Made by a program: the position numbers and the translations under genes
NCBI GenBank assembly: GCA_963926835.1
Contig: CAWUYY010000011.1
Location: forward strand, 4,022-68,021
Reading direction: 5' to 3'
Source: Rikenellaceae bacterium
GTDB lineage: Bacteria; Bacteroidota; Bacteroidia; Bacteroidales; Rikenellaceae
Length of the DNA stretch: 64,000 nucleotides
Notes under the pieces: generated by a model
What the model saw: only the letters and a program-made list of their open reading frames with translations
Told to the model about the DNA's origin: nothing
Databases searched by the model: none
Shown here: one piece after another, positions 50,594 to 60,793 of the stretch
Layout of the letters: each line of letters opens with the position of its first letter
How positions within the stretch are numbered: position 1 is the stretch's first letter

Positions 50594-51125
50594 CCTGTTG
50601 ATCGTCCTGGCGCTGCTCCTGCTCGGCACGATGACCGGCTGCTTCAAGCAGGTGGGTTTCGATACCTTCCTGCTGGTCAAGGCCTGGGTGAAGGATGGCA
50701 GCGCGGCGGCCGTTCCGCTGCGCAACGGCGTGCTGGCCTATGCCTTTGAGGCCGATACGGCCAACTGGGAGGTGCTCACCTACGAGGATGCCGTGCGGGG
50801 GATGGTCACCTCGCGCACCGATTCGCGCACGCAGCAGCCGGTGGCGCAGGGGGGATCGTACGTCTTCAACGGTGACAACATGGTGGCCATGCAGCTGACC
50901 GGGCCGAGCTACCTGCTGCTGGTGGTCGATCTTGAGAACCGCCTCTACGGATTTACGGACCAGGCGATCGGCGAGAACCTGCCGCAGACGTTCGTCAACG
51001 TCACCTTCTTCCCGCAGGAGGTCGGCAAACGCTACATCAAGTCGATGGGGTCCAAGAAGTGGATCATGTGCAACGACTTCTACGAGGAACCGACTCCGGA
51101 GCCGGAGCCGGAGCCGACCGAGTAA
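50580..51125 (+). CDS. hypothetical lipoprotein
   Basis: Lipobox MTG-C; PE-repeat tail. Confidence 0.7.
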   Translation: MRKRNLLIVLALLLLGTMTGCFKQVGFDTFLLVKAWVKDGSAAAVPLRNGVLAYAFEADTANWEVLTYEDAVRGMVTSRTDSRTQQPVAQGGSYVFNGDNMVAMQLTGPSYLLLVVDLENRLYGFTDQAIGENLPQTFVNVTFFPQEVGKRYIKSMGSKKWIMCNDFYEEPTPEPEPEPTE

Positions 51126-51146
51126 CCGCATAACGAGAGAATCTGT

Positions 51147-53222
51147 ATGAACCGAAACAAGCATCGAATCATAGGCTGGCTGCGTGTATTCACGCTGGTG
51201 ATGTTCTGCTCGGGATTTCTGTGGCGCTGCGCCAACATCATGAAACTGGAGGGCGGTCCGATCGACACGATCCCCCCGGTGGTTGTCGCCATGCTGCCGG
51301 AGGACTACACGACCAACTATCCGACCCTGAACGGTCCGAAGATCTACATCTCGTTCGACGAGTTCGTCCAGATCAAGGACCAGCAGAAGGAGTTTTTCAC
51401 CTCGCCGCGCATGAAGAAGACGCCACAGGTGTCGGTCCGCGGACGGGGCATCGTGGTGCAGATCAAGGATACGCTGCTCGAGAATACGACCTATGCGCTC
51501 AACTTCGGCAGTTCGATCCGCGACAACAACGAGGGCAACCCGCTCTATTCGCTGCGCTATGTCTTCTCGACCGGTCCGGAGGTCGATTCGCTGATCTGCT
51601 CGGGCTATACCGAGGACAGCTACAAGGCCGACAGCGTCCCGCAGAGCTTCATCTACTTCTTCCCGGCCGATTCGGTCGAGTATGTCGAGGCGTACGATTC
51701 GACCCTGTTCAAGTACTCTCCGGCGGTGATCGCTCGCGCGGAGACCAACGGCATCTTCATAGCCCAGAACCTCAAGCCGATCCCCTACCGCATCTACGCC
51801 TTCGAGGATACGAACAGCAACATGATGTATGAGCCGTCGGTCGACCAGGTGGGCTTCCTCGACGGCACCTACAACCCGGCCGAGCTGCCCGACTTTGCCA
51901 TCTGGTACGACTCGATCCGCCGCTACGTGGTGGCCGAGCCGCAGCTCTACTTCCGGATGTTTACCGATGTGGCCTTCAACCGCCAGTACCTGCGCCAGTC
52001 GGAGCGTCCGACCCAGCACAAGGCTCTGCTCTACTTCAACGCCCGACACCCCAGGATCGAGCAGATCGTCTTCGACAGCATCCCCTCCGAGCAGGTCGTC
52101 CTCGATCCGCAGTCGGTGGGAGCCGATACGATAGCCCTCTGGTTCAACCTCCCGTCGGAGCAGCTGCCCGATACGATCCGGGGCAAGATCACCTACGAGC
52201 GCCACGACTCGATCGACCAGCTGGTAACCGTCACCGAGGATCTGAAACTCTCCTGGCGTTACGTTGAATCGAAGGAGGAGGCCAAGGAGCGCGAGCGGCT
52301 GGAGAAGGAGCGAGAGAAGGCGCTTGCCGCCGGCGAGGAGTGGACCGAGCCGGAGAAGCCGAGCACGTTTACCTACAAATTCTCGACGAGCGGCTCGGTG
52401 AACCCCGAGACGCGCCTTTCGGTGCTGTTCGACTACCCGCTGGTAAGGATGGATTCGACGGCGATCGTGATGAACCGCATCGAGAACAAGGATACCATCC
52501 CCACGCCGGTGCGCTGGGTGCAGGATACGGCCAACATGCGCAACTGGTTTGTCGAGGTGCCCTGGCAGCTCAAGACGGACTACGTGCTGACGATCCCGAA
52601 GGGGGCGCTGGCCGACATGGCGCAGCAGCAGAACGATTCGATCACGGTGAGCTACAAGGGCATCGACCCCGAGAAGTTTGCCACGTTCCTCGTGAACGTC
52701 GTGGGCAAGAGCGACGATGCCCGCTATATCGTCCAGTTGCTCAATGACAAGGGCGGACTCATCGAGGAGAAGAAGGGGGTCTCGACGGGGCTCGTGCGGT
52801 TCAATTACGTACCGGCCGGCAACGTCCGCTTCCGCATCATCGAGGATGCCAACGGCAACGGCCTCTGGGATACGGGCAACGTGGTGGAGCGCCGCCAGCC
52901 CGAGCGGGCCGAAAACTACGTGAACGAGAAGGGGGAGGACACCTTCGCGGCCAAGGAGAACTGGGAGATCGAGATGGATATGGACATGAACCGGATCTTT
53001 GCGCCGGTGACGATGCAGAGCCTGATTCAGACGCTCGAGAATCGGGAGATCCAGCGCCTGCAGAAACTCCAGGAGGAGAAGAAGGGGGCTGCCGGACGTC
53101 AGAACAATAACAGCTCGATGTCCGGCTCGTCGACCAACTCGATGTTCAATTCGTCGTCCAATTCGATGTTCAACTCGACGTCCGGTTCGATGAACAACTC
53201 AATGACCAACATGATGCGATGA
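51147..53222 (+). CDS. Ig-like domain lipoprotein
   Basis: CAN....GGP.DT.PP, ISFDEFV, NTTYALNFG.SI.DNNEGN; Ser/Asn/Met-rich tail. Confidence 0.8.
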   Translation: MNRNKHRIIGWLRVFTLVMFCSGFLWRCANIMKLEGGPIDTIPPVVVAMLPEDYTTNYPTLNGPKIYISFDEFVQIKDQQKEFFTSPRMKKTPQVSVRGRGIVVQIKDTLLENTTYALNFGSSIRDNNEGNPLYSLRYVFSTGPEVDSLICSGYTEDSYKADSVPQSFIYFFPADSVEYVEAYDSTLFKYSPAVIARAETNGIFIAQNLKPIPYRIYAFEDTNSNMMYEPSVDQVGFLDGTYNPAELPDFAIWYDSIRRYVVAEPQLYFRMFTDVAFNRQYLRQSERPTQHKALLYFNARHPRIEQIVFDSIPSEQVVLDPQSVGADTIALWFNLPSEQLPDTIRGKITYERHDSIDQLVTVTEDLKLSWRYVESKEEAKERERLEKEREKALAAGEEWTEPEKPSTFTYKFSTSGSVNPETRLSVLFDYPLVRMDSTAIVMNRIENKDTIPTPVRWVQDTANMRNWFVEVPWQLKTDYVLTIPKGALADMAQQQNDSITVSYKGIDPEKFATFLVNVVGKSDDARYIVQLLNDKGGLIEEKKGVSTGLVRFNYVPAGNVRFRIIEDANGNGLWDTGNVVERRQPERAENYVNEKGEDTFAAKENWEIEMDMDMNRIFAPVTMQSLIQTLENREIQRLQKLQEEKKGAAGRQNNNSSMSGSSTNSMFNSSSNSMFNSTSGSMNNSMTNMMR

Positions 53223-54088
53223 AACGACTGATAGCGATATGTATGCTCTTCGGAGCGATTGTGTGCGCGGGGCGGGCGTATGGCCAGCATACGCTGGGCG
53301 TCACGGGCGGTTACGGCTCGGGTACGGCCCGTTTCTACCCCGAGCAGGAGACCCGCTCGATCTGGGGCTGCTATACGGCCGGCCTTTCGTGGCGCTATTA
53401 CGGACCGCAGCGCTTCGTCGGAGGATTCGGTATCGATTTCGAGTTCCTGCAGCGCGGATTCTCGTTCGCCCCGAACGTCTCGAAGGCGGACGATCCGAGC
53501 ACCTACAAGTGGTACACGCGCCGCGTAAATTCGCTGGTGCTACCGATTCTGTGGCAGCCCCACGTCTACCTGTTCAAGAACCGCATGCGCCTGTTCCTGG
53601 ATCTGTCGGTCTACTTCTCCTACAACATCTCCTCGACCTACGTGAACGAGTATGCGCGGGCCCAGTACGAGGCTCTCTCGCCCGACAGTCCGCTCTACGG
53701 CAAACCGTGGGAGGGGGAGTACGACTTCAAGCTGGCGCGCGACAACCGCTGGGGCTACGGCCTGGCCGGTGGTGGCGGTCTGGCCTTTCTGGTCAAGCAG
53801 CTGGAGTTCAGTGTGCGGGTGCGCTACTACTTCGGCTATTCGGACCTGCTGCGCAACCGCAACAAGTATGCGGGCAATACGACCGACATCTCGGCCGACT
53901 CTTCACAACCGGCGGCCAACCCCTTCACCTATTCGCCGTTGCGCTCTCCGCTCGACAACCTGACCTTTACGGTCGGCATAGCCTATCGCTTCAACAAGGG
54001 GGGCTTCTCCGAGTGGTCGAACCGCCCTCCGAAGCGGGAGAAGGTCAAGGAGAGTTTCGATTATAAGGGACAGACGAAGAAAAAATAG
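53219..54088 (+). CDS. outer-membrane beta-barrel protein (PorT-like)
   Basis: Signal peptide, amphipathic strands, RYYFGYSD. Confidence 0.7.
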   Translation: MKRLIAICMLFGAIVCAGRAYGQHTLGVTGGYGSGTARFYPEQETRSIWGCYTAGLSWRYYGPQRFVGGFGIDFEFLQRGFSFAPNVSKADDPSTYKWYTRRVNSLVLPILWQPHVYLFKNRMRLFLDLSVYFSYNISSTYVNEYARAQYEALSPDSPLYGKPWEGEYDFKLARDNRWGYGLAGGGGLAFLVKQLEFSVRVRYYFGYSDLLRNRNKYAGNTTDISADSSQPAANPFTYSPLRSPLDNLTFTVGIAYRFNKGGFSEWSNRPPKREKVKESFDYKGQTKKK

Positions 54089-54101
54089 AAGAATACAGCG
54101 T

Positions 54102-54446
54102 ATGGAAACGACACGACAGCAAAAGATAGCCCGGCAGGTCCAGAAGGATATTGCCGATATTTTCCAGAAGGAGGGGGCGGAGATCGTCCGCGGGACGCTC
54201 GTGACGGTGACGGCCGTCCGGGTTTCGCCCGATTTTTCCTATGCGAAGATCTACGTCAGCATCTTCCCGTTCGATCGGAACGAGGCGGTCATGAAGGCGC
54301 TCGAGCAGAACAACTGGTTCATTCGCCGGGCGCTGGGACAGCGGATCCGCAACCAGCTGAAGGTGATCCCCGAGATTCAGTTCTTCCTGGACGATTCGCT
54401 CGAGTATATCGAGCAGATTGACCGGGCGATCCATCGCAACGAGTAG
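54102..54446 (+). CDS. rbfA: ribosome-binding factor A
   Basis: TRQQKI, VTVTAVRVSPD, PEIQFFLDDS. Confidence 0.95.
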   Translation: METTRQQKIARQVQKDIADIFQKEGAEIVRGTLVTVTAVRVSPDFSYAKIYVSIFPFDRNEAVMKALEQNNWFIRRALGQRIRNQLKVIPEIQFFLDDSLEYIEQIDRAIHRNE

Positions 54447-54470
54447 CCGACCGAGCCAACCCATCCGCCG

Positions 54471-55679
54471 ATGCTTGCCCGTCTGTTTGCCCGCCGTTAC
54501 CTCTTTTCGCGGCAGTCGCGTTCGGTGATCAACGTGATTGCGGGCGTGAGCATTCTCTCGTTTGCCATGCCCGTGGCGGCGATGATCATCCTGCTCTCGG
54601 TGCTGAACGGATTCGGTGATTTTGCCAAGGCGATGAGCTCGGCCTTCGATGCCGAACTGACCGTGCTGCCGCGGCGGGGGCAGACCTTTGCCATCGACCG
54701 CCTCGATACGGCGTCGCTGCGCTCGGTGGAGGGGGTGAAGGCGCTCTCCTTCCTGCTCGAACAGCAGGTGCTGCTCGAACACGACGGAATGCAGGCGACC
54801 GCCACGCTGCGGGGCGTCGATCCGGCCTATGACCGGGTCTTCCCGATCGCACAGACCGTCTCGCCGGGCAGCTGGAGCGTCCAGCACGGCGATCTGGACC
54901 GCCTAGTGCTGGGACGGGACATGGCCGGTACGCTGGGCATCCGCACGGTCATCAACGAACAGATGGCGGTCTATGTGGTGCGGCGGGGAAGTTTCTCGTC
55001 GCTGCTGCCCGTGGATGGATATACCCTCCGACGGTTCGATGTGGCGGGGATCTTCTCGCTCGATCTGGAGAGCGAACAGCGCTATGCGCTCCTCTCGCTG
55101 CGTGCGGCCCAGGAGCTCTTCGACCACCCCGGTCAGGCCTCGGCGCTGGCCATAGGGGTGACGGACGGAGGGGACGTGCCGCGGATCCGGCGCGAGGTGG
55201 CCCGCCTGGCGGGGGATGATTTCGAGGTGCGCACGCGTGACCAGATGAATGCGACCTTCTTCCGACTGGTCTCCTTCGAGAAGTGGGGGGTCTTCTTCAT
55301 CTCGCTGCTGGTGCTGGTGCTGGCGTCGTTCTCGGTGGTGGGAACGCTCGTGATGCTGATGATCGAGAAGCGCGATGATGTGGCCACGCTGCGGGCCCTG
55401 GGGGCGGATACCCGCCTCATCCGCTCCATTTTCGTGGGCGAGGGGCTGTTGATCGGTTCGATCGGGGCCCTGGCGGGTGCGGTGCTGGGCGTTGCCTTCT
55501 GCCTGCTGCAGGAGTACTTCGGCTTCATCCGCATCCCGGTCGATACGCTGTTGTTGAAGAGTTATCCGGTCGTGCTGCGCTGGGAGGATCTGCTGGCCGT
55601 CGTGGCGGCCTTCGCCGTGGTGATCGTCACCATCTCCCAGCTGACGGTGCGGAGCGTGATGAAACGTAATAAAATGTAA
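54471..55679 (+). CDS. LolC/E-type ABC transporter permease
   Basis: ARRYLFS, LSVLNGF, EKRDDVATLRALGA. Confidence 0.85.
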   Translation: MLARLFARRYLFSRQSRSVINVIAGVSILSFAMPVAAMIILLSVLNGFGDFAKAMSSAFDAELTVLPRRGQTFAIDRLDTASLRSVEGVKALSFLLEQQVLLEHDGMQATATLRGVDPAYDRVFPIAQTVSPGSWSVQHGDLDRLVLGRDMAGTLGIRTVINEQMAVYVVRRGSFSSLLPVDGYTLRRFDVAGIFSLDLESEQRYALLSLRAAQELFDHPGQASALAIGVTDGGDVPRIRREVARLAGDDFEVRTRDQMNATFFRLVSFEKWGVFFISLLVLVLASFSVVGTLVMLMIEKRDDVATLRALGADTRLIRSIFVGEGLLIGSIGALAGAVLGVAFCLLQEYFGFIRIPVDTLLLKSYPVVLRWEDLLAVVAAFAVVIVTISQLTVRSVMKRNKM

Positions 55680-55681
55680 CG

Positions 55682-56530
55682 ATGAAACGATTGTTTACCC
55701 TGTTCTGTTGGACGGTATGCGCCGTGGTGGCACTCTCCTGCTCGCGGGAGAAGGTGATCCCGGATCCGGTGCTGGCCCAGATCTTTCGGGATGCCTACCT
55801 GACCAACGCCTACATCGACGAGCGTCAGATCCGTTTCGATTCGCTGGAGATCTACGAGCCGATCTTCCGGCGTTACGGCTATACGGCCGAGAATTTCCGC
55901 TATACGATCGGCAGCTTCTCGCGCCGCAAGAGTGCCAACCTGAGCGATGTGGTCGAGCAGGCCATTGCGATGCTCGAGTCCGAGGCGGCCTACTACAAGC
56001 GCGAGGTGGCCGTGCTCGATACGATCGACAACGTGGCACGTCGCCGCTATACACGCCCCTTCTACGCCGATTCGCTGATCCGGGTCAGCCGCCTGCGGGA
56101 TACGGCCAAGCTGCGGATCCGCCTTGAGGATGTCCGCCCGGGCGAGTACAACATTTCGTACGGCTACCTGATCGATTCGCTCGACGAGAATCGCATCTTG
56201 CGGACGAAACTCTGGCTGGAGGGGGAGTCCGACACTCTTCGCGGAGATGAATATACGATGACGCTGCGCAAGTTCCGCCGCAGCGAGATCACGCGCACGC
56301 TGCGGGCCGATACGTCGATGCGCATGCTGGTGCTGAGCCTCTACCAGACGAACGGTGCGCTGAAACGCCCCGATGTGACCATCTACGACCTGAAGGTGAC
56401 CTATACGCCCGAGGTGGAGCGGGCGGTCGACAGCCTCTATCACGACCAGTTGAATCTCAGGATCTTTTCCGATGAATACTTCCCCTGGCTCGCGCCGGAT
56501 AGCCTCGAACTACCTCTTCACCGGGAGTGA
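55682..56530 (+). CDS. lipoprotein, DUF4296-like
   Basis: LS-C lipobox, IP...LAQIFRDAYL, IFRRYGYT. Confidence 0.65.
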   Translation: MKRLFTLFCWTVCAVVALSCSREKVIPDPVLAQIFRDAYLTNAYIDERQIRFDSLEIYEPIFRRYGYTAENFRYTIGSFSRRKSANLSDVVEQAIAMLESEAAYYKREVAVLDTIDNVARRRYTRPFYADSLIRVSRLRDTAKLRIRLEDVRPGEYNISYGYLIDSLDENRILRTKLWLEGESDTLRGDEYTMTLRKFRRSEITRTLRADTSMRMLVLSLYQTNGALKRPDVTIYDLKVTYTPEVERAVDSLYHDQLNLRIFSDEYFPWLAPDSLELPLHRE

Positions 56531-57614
56531 GTTGCTGCCGCACCCGCTCATCGCGTGCGCGGCGGACGGGCGGATCGAATCGGTCGAGCAGTGTGACCAG
56601 CCCGATCGGCTGCCCGGCGTGGAGTTCTACGCGGGGGTGCTCTGTCCGGGGCTGGTGAACGCCCATTGCCACCTCGAACTCTCCTGCCTGCGGGGTGCCA
56701 TCCCCGAGGGGGGCGGTTTTACGGCCTTTGCCCGGGCGATGGGCACGGTCCGCAACCGCTTCGGGGAAAAGGAGCGGCTGGCGGCTATCGATGCGGCCGA
56801 CGCCCGCATGTGGGCCGAGGGGATCCAGGCCGTCGGCGATATCTCCAACGGGGAGGAGTCCTTTCGGGTCAAGGCGCGCAGCCGGCTGGTCTATCGCACC
56901 TTTGCCGAGGTATTCGGACTGAAGCGCCATTCGGTGCGGGCGCAACTGCCGCTGTTGCGCCATCCGCGAACGTCACTTACCCCCCATGCCCCCTATTCGG
57001 TGCAGGATGCACTCTTCCGCTCGATCTGTGCGGAGGGCGACGCCCCGCTGTCGATCCATTTCATGGAGTCGGAGGCCGAGCCGCAGCTCTTCGAGCGGCG
57101 CGGCGAGTTGTGGAAGTGGTACGCACAGAGCGGCTTGACGTGCGATTTTCTGCATTACGGCTCTCCGGCCCGGCGTATCGTGGAGAGCATCCCCTCCGAC
57201 CGGAGCGTGATCCTGGTACATGACTGCCTGATCACCCAGCAGGATATTGATTTGATTATGGGGCACTTCACGGCCCCGGTCTGGTGGTGCTTGTGCCCCC
57301 GCTCGAACCACTACATCTCGCGCCTGCGCCCCCCTGTCGAGCTGCTGCGCCGCAACGCTCTTCAGATCTGCCTGGGGACCGATTCGCTCGCTTCGAACCA
57401 CACCCTGTCGCTGCTTGCGGAGATCTCGTCTCTGCCCGAGGTGCCGCTGCTCGAACGGCTCGGCTGGGCGACCCGTAACGGAGCCCGCGCGCTCGCTCTG
57501 GAGGAGGTGGGCGAGGTGGCCGTCGGCAAACGCCCCGGACTGGTTCTCCTCTCGGGGCTCGACTACCGGACGATGAGCCTTACGCCCGCAACGCGCCTTA
57601 CCCGCATCCTCTGA
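56472..57614 (+). CDS. metal-dependent amidohydrolase (aminodeoxyfutalosine deaminase-like)
   Basis: PGLVNAHCHLELS, PHAPYS, SIHFMES, CPRSN, LGTDSLASN. Confidence 0.85.
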   Translation: MNTSPGSRRIASNYLFTGSELLPHPLIACAADGRIESVEQCDQPDRLPGVEFYAGVLCPGLVNAHCHLELSCLRGAIPEGGGFTAFARAMGTVRNRFGEKERLAAIDAADARMWAEGIQAVGDISNGEESFRVKARSRLVYRTFAEVFGLKRHSVRAQLPLLRHPRTSLTPHAPYSVQDALFRSICAEGDAPLSIHFMESEAEPQLFERRGELWKWYAQSGLTCDFLHYGSPARRIVESIPSDRSVILVHDCLITQQDIDLIMGHFTAPVWWCLCPRSNHYISRLRPPVELLRRNALQICLGTDSLASNHTLSLLAEISSLPEVPLLERLGWATRNGARALALEEVGEVAVGKRPGLVLLSGLDYRTMSLTPATRLTRIL

Positions 57615-58511
57615 TCAGATCGGGAGGTACTTCTCGACGGTTTCCCGCAAATGTTCGTTTTCGAGATGGGTATAGATCTCGGTGGTCATGATGTTCTCGT
57701 GGCCCAGCATCTCCTGTACCTGGCGGATCGAGGCGCCCCCCTCGAGCAGGTGGGTGGCGAACGAGTGGCGGAAGGTGTGGGGGCTGATGTGCTTGTTGAT
57801 TCCGGCACGCCGGGCCGCATCGCGCAGGATGGTGAAGACCATGACGCGGGTCAGCTGCTTGCCCCGGTTGTTGAGGAAGAGGGTGCTCTCGCCCTGGTAT
57901 TTGGAGGGGCGCTCCTCCAGGTAGCGCTGGATCTTGTCGCGGGCGGCGCTGCTGATGGGTACGAGCCGCTGCTTGTCCCCCTTGCCGATGACCCGGATGT
58001 ACCCCTCGCCGAAGAATAGGTCGCCCAGCTTCAGCGAGATAAGCTCCGAGACGCGCAGCCCGCAGGAGTAGAGCACCTCCAGCATGGCCGAGTCGCGCCG
58101 TCCCTTGAGGGTCGAGGTGTCGACGGCGGCGATGATCCGGTCGATCTCCTCCGGGGTGAGGATGTCGGGCAGGTGGCGTCCGAACTTGGGGGTGTCGATG
58201 AACTGGGTGGGGGCCGATTCGATGGCGTCGGTGAGCAGCAGGTAGTTGAAGAAGCTGCGCAGTCCGCTCAGGGCCCGGGCCTGCGAGGTCTTCTCATGCC
58301 CTTCGTGATAGAGAAAGGCCATGTAGCGCTCGACCATCGCGCGCTCGACTTTGCGGGGCGGCACGTCGTAGAAGCGCAGGATGAAGTGGGCAAACTGCCT
58401 CAGATCGCGCATGTAGGACTCCACCGTGTTGGCCGACAGACGCTTCTCCACCTTGATGTAGGTGCGGTAGCGACGCGCTGTTTCTTCCCATTTTTTGATG
58501 CTTTCTGCCAT
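57615..58511 (-). CDS. xerD: tyrosine recombinase XerD
   Basis: LSANTVESY, LYSCGLRVSEL, GKGDKQR, HTFRHSFATHLL, LGH, TTEIYTH. Confidence 0.9.
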   Translation of the reverse strand: MAESIKKWEETARRYRTYIKVEKRLSANTVESYMRDLRQFAHFILRFYDVPPRKVERAMVERYMAFLYHEGHEKTSQARALSGLRSFFNYLLLTDAIESAPTQFIDTPKFGRHLPDILTPEEIDRIIAAVDTSTLKGRRDSAMLEVLYSCGLRVSELISLKLGDLFFGEGYIRVIGKGDKQRLVPISSAARDKIQRYLEERPSKYQGESTLFLNNRGKQLTRVMVFTILRDAARRAGINKHISPHTFRHSFATHLLEGGASIRQVQEMLGHENIMTTEIYTHLENEHLRETVEKYLPI

Positions 58512-58682
58512 TTTATTGATACCTTTACCGGAAATTACCGCCTCCGTCTGCTGCCGGCGGCAGCTTCGGTCAGCCACCTCTGCAGCGGGGCGGCAGGTTG
58601 GACGAAGATAGGTAAATTTTACATAATAATGCAAAGGTCGGACTTTTTGTTGCATTGATCCGGCTGAAAATGATACAAGCGG

Positions 58683-59513
58683 ATGGATTACGTTGAATTG
58701 AACATTCGGGTGGGAAATCCCGAACTGGCCGAGATTCTGGTTGCGGAGCTGGCCGATCTGCCCTATGAGAGCTTCCAGACCGAGGGCGAACTGCTCAAGG
58801 CCTACATTCAGCAGGAGCGGCTGGCCGACTGCATGACGCAGACCGACGAGCTGCTGGCCCGCTACGGGATTGCGGAGCGCCGCTACATCGCCATCGAGTC
58901 GCAGAACTGGAACGCGCTCTGGGAGCAGAACTTCACGCCGGTCGACGTGGACGGACGGGTGCTGATCCGCGCTCCGTTCCACGAACCCCGCAGCGGTTAC
59001 GAGATGGAGGTGGTCGTCATGCCCCGCATGGCCTTCGGATCGGGTCACCACGCCACGACCTGCCTCATGGTGGGGGCCCTGTGTGACCTGCCGCTCGAGG
59101 GGAAACGGGGGCTCGACATGGGCTGCGGCACGGGGGTGCTGGCCATCGTGGCCGTCAAGCGGGGAGCCCGCTCGGTCGATGCGGTCGACATCGACTCCTG
59201 GGCCGAGGCCAACTGCCGGGAGAATGCCGCCTCGAACGGACTCTCGGATCGGATCAACCCGATATTGGGTGACGTGCGGAGCATCGCCGGCCGCCGGTAC
59301 GATTTCATCGCGGCCAACATCAACCGCAACATCCTGACGATGGACATGCCCGCCTATGCCGAGGCGCTCACGGCGGGGGGCGATCTGCTGATGAGCGGCT
59401 TTCTGGAGGAGGATATCCCCGTGATTGAGGCGCGGGCCCGTGCCTGCGGCCTCGAACCGGTCGAGTCGCGCCTGCGGGAGGGTTGGGCCCTCGTCCGGGT
59501 AAAACGGAGCTGA
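58683..59513 (+). CDS. prmA: ribosomal protein L11 methyltransferase
   Basis: AFGSGHHATT, LDMGCGTG, ANINRN, MSGF. Confidence 0.95.
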   Translation: MDYVELNIRVGNPELAEILVAELADLPYESFQTEGELLKAYIQQERLADCMTQTDELLARYGIAERRYIAIESQNWNALWEQNFTPVDVDGRVLIRAPFHEPRSGYEMEVVVMPRMAFGSGHHATTCLMVGALCDLPLEGKRGLDMGCGTGVLAIVAVKRGARSVDAVDIDSWAEANCRENAASNGLSDRINPILGDVRSIAGRRYDFIAANINRNILTMDMPAYAEALTAGGDLLMSGFLEEDIPVIEARARACGLEPVESRLREGWALVRVKRS

Positions 59514-59514
59514 G

Positions 59515-60252
59515 GTGGCAGGCACGTTCCGGACATACAAGGGGCGCGGCATTGTCCTGCACACGCTCAAGTACGGCGACAGCGCGATGGTGGTCCACCT
59601 GCTCACCGACGTGCGGGGACGCCAGAGCTACATGGTGCAGGGAATCCGCAGCGGCCGCGGACGGGGATCGAAACTGGCCCTTTTCCAGCCGCTCTTCGCC
59701 CTTGAGTTCGAGGGGCTGGATTCGACGCGCCAGCAGATGCACCGCTTCCGGGAGGTGCAGAGCGGCATCGTCCTGCAGCGCATCCCGTTCGATGTGCGGC
59801 GGTCGACGATCGCCCTTTTCATGGCCGAGGTGCTCTACCGGCTGGTGCGGGAGAGCGAACCCGATCCGGCGCTTTTCGACTTCGTGTGGGAGAGCATCGG
59901 GGCGCTCGATACCATGGAGGAGGGGGTGGCCAACTTCCACCTCTGGTTCCTGGTCAACCTGAGCCGCTTCCTGGGCTTCTTCCCGGGCAACCGCTACCGG
60001 GCCGAGAGCTGGTTCGACATCCGCGAGGGACAGTACGTCACGCTCCGTCCGCCCCATCCGATGGTGATGGAGCCCGCGATGGCGCGCCTGCTGAACGACT
60101 TTGTCGAGTGCGACGTCCGCTGCCTGGCCGAGATCGGACTCAACCGGGGACAGCGGGCCGCCTTCCTGGAGGCGCTGTTGAGCTATTATGGCTATCACCT
60201 GGATGCCATCCATGCCGTGCAGTCGGTCCGAATTTTGCAGGAGGTATTTTAG
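59515..60252 (+). CDS. recO: DNA repair protein RecO
   Basis: GIVLHTLKYGD, FQPL, FLGFFP, FDIREG. Confidence 0.88.
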   Translation: MAGTFRTYKGRGIVLHTLKYGDSAMVVHLLTDVRGRQSYMVQGIRSGRGRGSKLALFQPLFALEFEGLDSTRQQMHRFREVQSGIVLQRIPFDVRRSTIALFMAEVLYRLVRESEPDPALFDFVWESIGALDTMEEGVANFHLWFLVNLSRFLGFFPGNRYRAESWFDIREGQYVTLRPPHPMVMEPAMARLLNDFVECDVRCLAEIGLNRGQRAAFLEALLSYYGYHLDAIHAVQSVRILQEVF

Positions 60253-60311
60253 AGCAATAAATAAATGAAGAGACAGTCCGCATGGCGGGCGTAAAACGAA
60301 AGATGTGCCGT

Positions 60312-60740
60312 ATGAAACGAATCTTTTTAGGGCTGCTTTTGATTGCAGCAGCTGCGGTGGCTGCCGCACAGCCGCAAGTTGACGAGTCCCTCCGGAGAGC
60401 CGTAGAGGGGCGCGAGTTGAAACCGACGAACCCCCGTCAGGAGGAACGGGATCGGTGGTACGAGGCTTTCCGCGAGCCCGATTCGTTGGGGTTGGAGTCG
60501 CTGACTCTCTTCCCGTTGGGCTTTTTCGTCCCGACCGAGCCGGTCGAGATTGTGGCTCCGATGAGTTCGGTGGTGCGGATTCAACTCAAGAACAAGCCGC
60601 GCAAGATCGATATCATCCCCTACAAGGTGCGTAGCGGCTGGTTTACCATCTCCAACGGACAGGCCCAGAACTGGAGCCCCTTCCCGGATGCCTATCTGGA
60701 TGCACGCACCCTCTCCTTCCCCCATTCCGGGCGGAGATGA
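60312..60740 (+). CDS. exported hypothetical protein
   Basis: Signal peptide MKRIFLGLLLIAAAAVAAAQ. Confidence 0.6.
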   Translation: MKRIFLGLLLIAAAAVAAAQPQVDESLRRAVEGRELKPTNPRQEERDRWYEAFREPDSLGLESLTLFPLGFFVPTEPVEIVAPMSSVVRIQLKNKPRKIDIIPYKVRSGWFTISNGQAQNWSPFPDAYLDARTLSFPHSGRR

Positions 60741-60793
60741 TGCCGTGCAGGGGCGCATCGTGCCCGTTGCCGTTACACGGAGGTCGGACCTGC

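Noticed and set aside
57615-58511. Tyrosine recombinase as integrase of the phage-like module
   Set aside because: ~298-aa canonical XerD among housekeeping genes, 12 kb away, with no arm-binding domain
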